DNA from: an uncultured virus (IMG/VR IMGVR_UViG_3300022602_000035)
Taxonomy: Duplodnaviria > Heunggongvirae > Uroviricota > Caudoviricetes
Direction: 5' to 3' (one strand)
DNA length: 64,000 nt
IMG/VR virus record: IMGVR_UViG_3300022602_000035
Every line of letters starts with the position of its first letter. The first letter of the stretch is position 1. The notes below the pieces were generated by a model that worked only from the letters and a program-made list of their open reading frames with translations, was not told the origin of the DNA and ran no database searches. Both the position numbers and the translations under genes were made by a program. Below, piece by piece: positions 57,499 through 64,000 of the stretch.

Positions 57499-58598
57499 TA
57501 GTACCTGGTCACTATTGTGCCAGTTTACAAGCTGGGTTACAAATCACATTAGGACAGAATTCAACAATAAAAGTCAGTCCTTGTGTGCTAGATCCTGTTG
57601 AATTTACTGTCACTGATCATCAGGTCTTTGACCATCCTAAATTAGTAGAATTTAGACAGCGTAATCAACAATCACAGCAACTAGAAGGGCATTGTGCAGC
57701 CTGTGAAGAATGTGCCTGTACTGGCCTACGCGGCCGTAATCGTAGCAGTTCCAATATGCTCTATGTTAAAGATGAGCTATTATATGAACAACAGGGTCCT
57801 AAACTCATAACATTCAAATTGGATTATGTCTGTAACCTAGCCTGTGTTACCTGTGGTCCAGAGTTAAGCACCCGCTGGCGCAGTATAGTGCCATATAAAG
57901 GCCCTACTTACGCCGATGAAGACCTAATTAGATCTACTATTCGCAACATTAATCTAGAACAGTTAGAAACAGTACACATCTTTGGCGGCGAGCCCTTGCT
58001 AACTCGCACACACGAAATTATCCTGGAAGAACTATCTGCCTATGGTAAGAATATAACTGTTTGGTATGATACCAATGCCACAGCCTATCCCAGCGAACGT
58101 ACTTTGGAGTTATGGTCAAAGTTTCATTTGGTTAGACTAAAGTTTAGTATCGATGGTGTAGGATCTAGTTTTGAATATCTACGTTGGCCTGCTAAGTGGT
58201 CGCAGGTAGAAGATAACATACTTAAAATGTATGAAAACTTGCCAGTAAATCACATGCTAAGTGTGCGTCCTGCAATGGGATTCTTAAACTTTCATTTGGT
58301 TAAAGACATACTTGCATGGCAACAATCTGTTATTCCTACTAATAGACTAGGTGATCTAACAGAGTTTGAGTATACTCCTGTATACGGAATTTATAATGCC
58401 AGCAACATGCCACAGGCCATGGTTGACGAACTGCGTACAATGTATCCCGAGAATGATCCTTTGTTTGATATCTTACCACCATTGGCCAATAATCCAGATC
58501 AATTGATAAAGATTCGTATGGATCTAGAACGTTTAGATCAACAAAGAAAACTTAACTGGCAGAATTCCTTGCCTCATCTAATACCTTACTTAACCTAG
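57495..58598 (+). CDS. Radical SAM protein with N-terminal Cys-rich (twitch/SPASM-like) region
   Basis: CNLACVTC, GGEPLL, SIDG, YLRWP. Confidence 0.85.
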   Translation: MIVPGHYCASLQAGLQITLGQNSTIKVSPCVLDPVEFTVTDHQVFDHPKLVEFRQRNQQSQQLEGHCAACEECACTGLRGRNRSSSNMLYVKDELLYEQQGPKLITFKLDYVCNLACVTCGPELSTRWRSIVPYKGPTYADEDLIRSTIRNINLEQLETVHIFGGEPLLTRTHEIILEELSAYGKNITVWYDTNATAYPSERTLELWSKFHLVRLKFSIDGVGSSFEYLRWPAKWSQVEDNILKMYENLPVNHMLSVRPAMGFLNFHLVKDILAWQQSVIPTNRLGDLTEFEYTPVYGIYNASNMPQAMVDELRTMYPENDPLFDILPPLANNPDQLIKIRMDLERLDQQRKLNWQNSLPHLIPYLT

Positions 58599-59589
58599 GC
58601 AAATAATCGTTTATACTAATACCTTTAAGTTGGTCTTGGTGTGTGATTTCGGTAAGAAACTTATTATACAAACATGCATCAACAGGCCTATCAAAGAATG
58701 ATGCCAGGTCCGGATATGTTAATTTAACTGATTCTGGTAATACACTGGGGTGAAAGTGCAGAGGAAAAGATACAACATTGTGATTGAATGGTAATTGGTT
58801 GTTATTAAACCAATCAACAGTTTCACGGTAGTATAATACATTTAAATTACTAATAGTATAACTAACAGAAATAGACATATTAGCTCTACGATAGAATCCT
58901 ATATTATCTAATAGATCAGACCATTTAAGCGGATAGCGTAGATATTCAAATACAGGACCGACTCCGTCAATACTTAGGTTCATATCTATGTGTTTAAACT
59001 GTGTAAGAATATCTTTTTGATGCTGAGTTAATTGTACAGATCCATTTGTGGTAATGACTATTTGACATGAGGTATTGTTGACTGCTATGAGTTTTTCTAA
59101 TATCTCAAAGTTTTTTCTTTCATATAAAGGTTCGCCGCCTACAAAATTTAACATAACAATTTCTTTATAGTCGAGTGAATCTATAATAGATGGTTTAATA
59201 AATTGGTATGTTTTTTGTTTAGTTAAGGTAGCCCAAGCTGAACTATGTGTTGCACTGCAGGTTACGCAGGTACTATTACATACATTAGACGTGTATAATT
59301 TAATAATTCTAGGAACTGTCTTGCCTGCAACAACAGATTTTTTAACTAGGTCGATATCAATATTGGCATAGTAGTCATATGCAGAATTCTTTAGTTGACG
59401 ATCGCTGGTACGCCCTTGGTCTTCTAAAGTCCAACACTTTTGACAAGCAGTTGGTCGCTGTCCATCAAGCATTTCTTGTTGGATACGCGGAATATTAGCA
59501 GTCTGTGGCAGTAAACAACATGGTGTAGTTTGGCCATTAGCTAAGTACTCTATACCATAGAATGGTAGCACACAGAAGGAATCATTCAT
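58552..59589 (-). CDS. Radical SAM protein (paralogue, opposite strand)
   Basis: CNSTCVTC, GGEPL, SIDGVG, YLRYP; N-terminal PCC...CQKC. Confidence 0.85.
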   Translation of the reverse strand: MNDSFCVLPFYGIEYLANGQTTPCCLLPQTANIPRIQQEMLDGQRPTACQKCWTLEDQGRTSDRQLKNSAYDYYANIDIDLVKKSVVAGKTVPRIIKLYTSNVCNSTCVTCSATHSSAWATLTKQKTYQFIKPSIIDSLDYKEIVMLNFVGGEPLYERKNFEILEKLIAVNNTSCQIVITTNGSVQLTQHQKDILTQFKHIDMNLSIDGVGPVFEYLRYPLKWSDLLDNIGFYRRANMSISVSYTISNLNVLYYRETVDWFNNNQLPFNHNVVSFPLHFHPSVLPESVKLTYPDLASFFDRPVDACLYNKFLTEITHQDQLKGISINDYLPRLSKVLDEARNSAS

Positions 59590-59663
59590 TGTGTTATATT
59601 TAACTTTGTGTTATACTATAAGAAATAAATTTGTAATAAATAATATAAATTGGAGTAAGACCT

Positions 59664-59912
59664 TTGCAAAAGCGCACTCGTAGCATACTAACTGAGTTAG
59701 ATGAACTCTTAGTACATAAGGACAAAGCGAATCTAATAGAGACTCGCGCTAATAACATCATTAATGGTGCTATTAACCTTATCAATCACATACGTGAAAA
59801 CTATGACGCCGAACAAGCAGGCGAACTAGAACGTCGTTTGCTTAATGCCATTAAAGGCCAAGATCCAGCAAAATTCAGCCGTGGCATTAGGAAGTTAAAA
59901 GATGAAGATTAA
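59664..59912 (+). CDS. Hypothetical protein
   Basis: TTG start with GGAG SD. Confidence 0.7.
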   Translation: MQKRTRSILTELDELLVHKDKANLIETRANNIINGAINLINHIRENYDAEQAGELERRLLNAIKGQDPAKFSRGIRKLKDED

Positions 59913-62166
59913 TGAAGTTGCAGTAAACAAGAACCAATACCTGTATGAAGGTCTGGCACCTAAATACAAAAAATCTATGCAACTATGGGAAAGTGTTGGT
60001 TCTGTTATTGCTGAGGCACAGCTATCTCCACAACAAATTTCAAATCTATTTCAACAAATTGAACAAGGCGCAATCGCCGGCGGCAATAATAGAACAATTA
60101 TCGGCAAGGGCAAAGACGTAGCCACTGCAGTACAGGCCGCATACAAAGACCTAGTAGGTAAAGTACAAAACAGCGGCCCAATGCAGAATGTAGATGCGGC
60201 ATATAATGACGTTGCTAACAAATTAAAAACAGCCACTGGTGGTGATCAAGGTGTAATGCAATATGTACAAAAGTACAGAGACTTTGCTAAAGCACACCCT
60301 ACAGCACAAAAATTAATCTACGCCGCATTAATTGCGGCCGCAGGTATTAGTGGTGCTGGAGCAGGCGGAGCAGCCGCGCTTGGCCTACTAAAAATGACTG
60401 ACAAGTTATTGCAGGGTGAGAAATTTAGCACCGCAGTGGGACAGGGAATTAAAACTGGTGGTATGGCCTATGCCGCAGGCCAAGTTGGTAAGGCTGTACA
60501 GGGCAATCAACCACAAACAACTACTACAACACTACAACAACATACAACTGGACTACAGCCAGCAAGTCCTTGGGATATTCCTGCCGGTGTTAAGAAAGAA
60601 TTTCCGTTGGATAAATTTACATATAAAACTGATGGCATAGATCTTAATATATACAATCAAGCAGGTAAATTAGTAGCTACAAGACCCGGTGTTGATGCTA
60701 TGAACGAAAGCATTGATCGTGATATGACTCTGCGTATGTGGTCATTGAATGAAAGCCTAGGACGTAGACGCAACAGTGTTCATCTAACAGAATCAGGTGT
60801 ATTACAACTGTTTGTTTTAGTTGAAGGCGAAGGTTGGGATACATTTAAATCAGGTGCTAAACAGGCATTTGGTGGAATCGCTGGCATGGCTAAAGGAGCC
60901 GCTACAGGTGCTAAAAATATTGCATCACCTTATGCCCAAGCTGCAAAGGAAAAAGCTGCCCAATTTGGTCAAAATATGACTAATAAAATTACACTTGATA
61001 AACTACAATCAGCATGGAAAGCGGCTGGTAGTCCAACTGACAGTGATGCAATTGCCGCAGCGTTAAAATCTGCAGGTGTTAGTGACGAAGATATTGCACA
61101 AGCATACAAGTCAATGAATATACCTTATGCAACAGAAGTAGACCAACAACAGGCACAACAAGCTAAAGATCAGGAAGATGAATTGTTAGGCAATAAACTA
61201 ACTGCTCAGGCCGCTAGAGGTACTCCTAGTGAAAAAGCTGGATTTAAATCTAAACTACTTAGAGCATTTGGTGCAAACGATGCGGCTGACGCAGCTGATG
61301 CTAGACACGCTGCTAATACAGTCTTTACGAATAAACCACAACGTGGATTAGACGATGAAGAACCAACGGATACAGAATTAGGATATGAACAACCTATTGA
61401 TAGTGAAACTGGCGAACAAGAGCCTAATGTATCGTGGGATCCAAATAAGAGCATGTTAGATATTGATGGTCAAAAATATCAAAAAACTAATAAAGGTTGG
61501 AAAGATTGGAATACTAAAGATATTATTGATCCTAAAGATGCTAGAGAACTTGATGTGGCATTTGATCAAGCAACAGGAAGAAAGCCTGTTCCTTCTAAAC
61601 CTAGTCCGACAGCTAAACCTATTCAAATCAAAACAAAAAGTGGTGAAACTATCACTAAGAATGACCAAGATGGTAAGTGGTACACAGAAGATGGTGGTGA
61701 AATAACTGATCAAAACACCATTGATACTCTTGAGCGATTAGCAAAAACGCAATATCAGAATAGACAAATGTCTGGTGTTCAGAATCCCGCAAGTAGAGGA
61801 AGTGCTGGTGTGCAGTCACAACCAGAACCCGCTGACACTGATATAGAAGAACCAGAAGATGACGATGAAGAACCAGCAGTGTTTACATCTAATAGAAGAA
61901 CACAGCAACAGCCTGAAAAGAAACACACAGGTGGTCGTAAGGCAGGGCAAGAACTAAGCCAAACTGCTAACGCTCAACGCAAACGTGAACAACGTAAAGC
62001 CGCACGCGATGCCCGTAATGCCGCACAGACAGTAGAAAATCCGCCTGTTGACAATTCTGTACAATCATCACAAGATGCAATTAAAGCGGCATTAAGACAG
62101 CGTCAATCACAGGGCCTTTCAGAGTACGCAGAATTTAAACGTAAAGTATATAAGTTAATCCGATGA
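59902..62166 (+). CDS. Large low-complexity protein, probable internal virion protein
   Basis: 754 aa, Ala/Gln/Lys-rich with acidic tracts; MKINEV start. Confidence 0.65.
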   Translation: MKINEVAVNKNQYLYEGLAPKYKKSMQLWESVGSVIAEAQLSPQQISNLFQQIEQGAIAGGNNRTIIGKGKDVATAVQAAYKDLVGKVQNSGPMQNVDAAYNDVANKLKTATGGDQGVMQYVQKYRDFAKAHPTAQKLIYAALIAAAGISGAGAGGAAALGLLKMTDKLLQGEKFSTAVGQGIKTGGMAYAAGQVGKAVQGNQPQTTTTTLQQHTTGLQPASPWDIPAGVKKEFPLDKFTYKTDGIDLNIYNQAGKLVATRPGVDAMNESIDRDMTLRMWSLNESLGRRRNSVHLTESGVLQLFVLVEGEGWDTFKSGAKQAFGGIAGMAKGAATGAKNIASPYAQAAKEKAAQFGQNMTNKITLDKLQSAWKAAGSPTDSDAIAAALKSAGVSDEDIAQAYKSMNIPYATEVDQQQAQQAKDQEDELLGNKLTAQAARGTPSEKAGFKSKLLRAFGANDAADAADARHAANTVFTNKPQRGLDDEEPTDTELGYEQPIDSETGEQEPNVSWDPNKSMLDIDGQKYQKTNKGWKDWNTKDIIDPKDARELDVAFDQATGRKPVPSKPSPTAKPIQIKTKSGETITKNDQDGKWYTEDGGEITDQNTIDTLERLAKTQYQNRQMSGVQNPASRGSAGVQSQPEPADTDIEEPEDDDEEPAVFTSNRRTQQQPEKKHTGGRKAGQELSQTANAQRKREQRKAARDARNAAQTVENPPVDNSVQSSQDAIKAALRQRQSQGLSEYAEFKRKVYKLIR

Positions 62167-63404
62167 AATTGTTTGAAATTAAAAAAGAAACACCTAAATG
62201 GTTGCTAACAGAGTCAGCAAAGAATACTCACCTAGAACATTTAGAAGACCTAATCTTTAACAGTGGTTACGCAGGTGCCGTTGAGGCATTAAACTATGTA
62301 GAAAGTCTACGCCTAATGTTAGCAGAAGGCACAGGCACAACTACTAAATTAACAGTTAAATGGGACGGTGCACCTGCAATTATCTGTGGAATTGATCCAG
62401 CAGATAGTCGTTTCTTTGTAGGTACCAAATCAGTATTTGCCAAAGGTGAACCTAAACGCTGTAAGTCAAGTAAAGACATACAGAATTGGTACAGTGAACA
62501 ACCTGAGTTGGCTAATAAATTAGAACAAGCACTAAAATACTTGCCTAAATTGGGCATTGGCGGTGTGGTACAAGGTGACTTAATGTTTACAGAGGGTGAT
62601 ATTACCACTGTAGAAGTTAACAATGAACTTTGCTATGTGTTTACACCAAATACAATTACCTATGCTGTACCAGTTAACAGCGTACTAGGACAACGTATTG
62701 CACGTGCTAAGATTGGTATTATATTTCACACAGCCTACGAAGGCGATAGTATCGAAACAATGACTGCTACGTTTGGTATAAATGTTGCAGGGTTCCACCA
62801 AAATGCCGACGTATGGTTTGATGACGCTACCTACAAAGACTATACAGGTATTGCCAGTTTAACACCAAGTGAAAATCAGCACATACAAAAATTCCAAGCG
62901 GCAACATTGGCAACTATGGAAAAGATTGGACAAGAACGTTTTGATATAATTTTAACTAATAAAGAGTTTGCTAAAAATATCAAACCGTTTATAAACAAAA
63001 TGATACGTCAGGGATCGCATGCGGAAGATCCTACACGTTTCCTTAAGCAATTTATGACTCATTATCAAGATGAGCTAATGAAAGGTATTGAGGAATTAAG
63101 TGGTGGCCCACAAGGACGTGCGGCACAAAACCGCTTGAACAAGATCAAAGAAAAAGAACAATGGATGGCAGATAATAGTAATAATCTATTAGGTGTATTG
63201 GCAGTATATAAACGTTTTATTGAAATGAAACATATTCTTCTACGTAAACTATCACAAGTAGAAGGTATTGGTACATTCCAAAAGACCAACGATGGATATA
63301 AAGTAACTGCTCCGGAAGGTTTTGTGGCAATTGGACACGACGGTGGTGCTATTAAATTAGTAGATCGTTTGGAGTTCTCTAGAACCAATTTTTTGTCTAG
63401 ATGA
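62163..63404 (+). CDS. Conserved large-phage protein (DUF6267-like)
   Basis: KNTHLEHLED, TVKWDGAPA, QGDLMF, PNTITY, PEGFV, KLVDRLEFS. Confidence 0.65.
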   Translation: MKLFEIKKETPKWLLTESAKNTHLEHLEDLIFNSGYAGAVEALNYVESLRLMLAEGTGTTTKLTVKWDGAPAIICGIDPADSRFFVGTKSVFAKGEPKRCKSSKDIQNWYSEQPELANKLEQALKYLPKLGIGGVVQGDLMFTEGDITTVEVNNELCYVFTPNTITYAVPVNSVLGQRIARAKIGIIFHTAYEGDSIETMTATFGINVAGFHQNADVWFDDATYKDYTGIASLTPSENQHIQKFQAATLATMEKIGQERFDIILTNKEFAKNIKPFINKMIRQGSHAEDPTRFLKQFMTHYQDELMKGIEELSGGPQGRAAQNRLNKIKEKEQWMADNSNNLLGVLAVYKRFIEMKHILLRKLSQVEGIGTFQKTNDGYKVTAPEGFVAIGHDGGAIKLVDRLEFSRTNFLSR

Positions 63405-63454
63405 TAAATAAATGTAAGCGTCGTAAAGACGTACAATAATTAGGAGATTTAAAA

Positions 63455-63790
63455 ATGACAATCGCACGTACAAATGGCTGGGCACGCCCAACCGACACAG
63501 GTAATGCACAAGTAACAGGCCGTACACTTACACATTACACAGTATCATTAGCTAACGTTCAAGTTGGTTACTCTGCTCCAGAAAGCAACTTTGAAAAACT
63601 AATCCGCGCTATTGAACAAGTTGGTTCAGTAGAATTGATTGGTACACCATCAGGTGGTTCTTTCCGTGTTGCTATCTCAGGTGCTGCACCTTCAGATACA
63701 ACTGGTGCATATAGCCTACAAGGTTACTGCAATACATCAGTAAACGGTTCAGGTGTTTCAGGTACAACTGTAGCACTATTCACATACTAA
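63455..63790 (+). CDS. Probable small structural protein
   Basis: AGGAG SD, late-type box upstream, own terminator. Confidence 0.7.
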   Translation: MTIARTNGWARPTDTGNAQVTGRTLTHYTVSLANVQVGYSAPESNFEKLIRAIEQVGSVELIGTPSGGSFRVAISGAAPSDTTGAYSLQGYCNTSVNGSGVSGTTVALFTY

Positions 63791-63814
63791 TTAAAACTTA
63801 GTAAGCTGAATCTT

Positions 63815-63842
63815 AAAAAGCCCTTTTTATAAGGGCTTTTTT
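63815..63842 (+). terminator. Intrinsic terminator
   Basis: AAAAAGCCCTT...AAGGGCTTTTTT. Confidence 0.85.
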
Positions 63843-63861
63843 ATTGGCTATAAATATCATT

Positions 63862-64000
63862 GTGAATAATCAATTATATCTTTATCAAGGCTACACTCTA
63901 GTAGACATTACGCCAACAGGCGTAATAACTCACACCGACGAACAAGAATTAGAACGTAATCAACAACGTAATTGGGAAACGATTCAACAGATTATTAGTC
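63862..64000 (+). CDS. Hypothetical protein, 3'-truncated
   Basis: GTG after TATAAATA; TLVDITPTG...RNQQRNWET. Confidence 0.6.
   Translation, partial: MNNQLYLYQGYTLVDITPTGVITHTDEQELERNQQRNWETIQQIIS

Noticed and set aside
1..64000. Stop-codon reassignment or suppressor tRNA
   Set aside because: Conserved genes are uninterrupted in the standard code, all three stops are used and no CUA/UUA/UCA anticodon was found

Overview
This 64 kb window is from a large, AT-rich dsDNA tailed phage (T4-like/jumbo type), almost all on the + strand and read with the standard genetic code. The host cannot be fixed from the sequence; outer-membrane barrel genes point to a diderm host. Layout: (1) 0.5-9.5 kb, an array of 25 distinct tRNA genes covering all 20 amino acids, interrupted by HNH and GIY-YIG endonucleases, desaturases and unexplained structured RNAs; (2) 9.5-33.7 kb, an auxiliary-metabolism and surface block (plcP/agt-like lipid remodelling pair, beta-barrel proteins, AhcY, TauD-like dioxygenase, NDP-sugar, methyltransferase and glycosyltransferase cluster, SleB-like hydrolase); (3) 33.7-40 kb, small early-type genes and Fhs; (4) 40-64 kb, replication genes (SF2 helicase, miniature DnaE-like protein, primase, DnaB-like helicase), tail-fibre and lectin genes, two radical SAM genes and probable virion genes. 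The best candidate for a new system is an apparent translation-coupled attenuator in front of the tRNA array: a perfect sigma70 promoter, a 48-codon leader using all 20 amino acids, and mutually exclusive antiterminator and terminator hairpins. Also notable: a membrane-remodelling toolkit (PlcP-Agt-like pair with a Pho-box-like site, five desaturase paralogues), tRNAs with atypical long variable arms, anticodon-less tRNA mimics and systematic leaderless genes. All calls are by eye from motifs; no database search or folding program was run.
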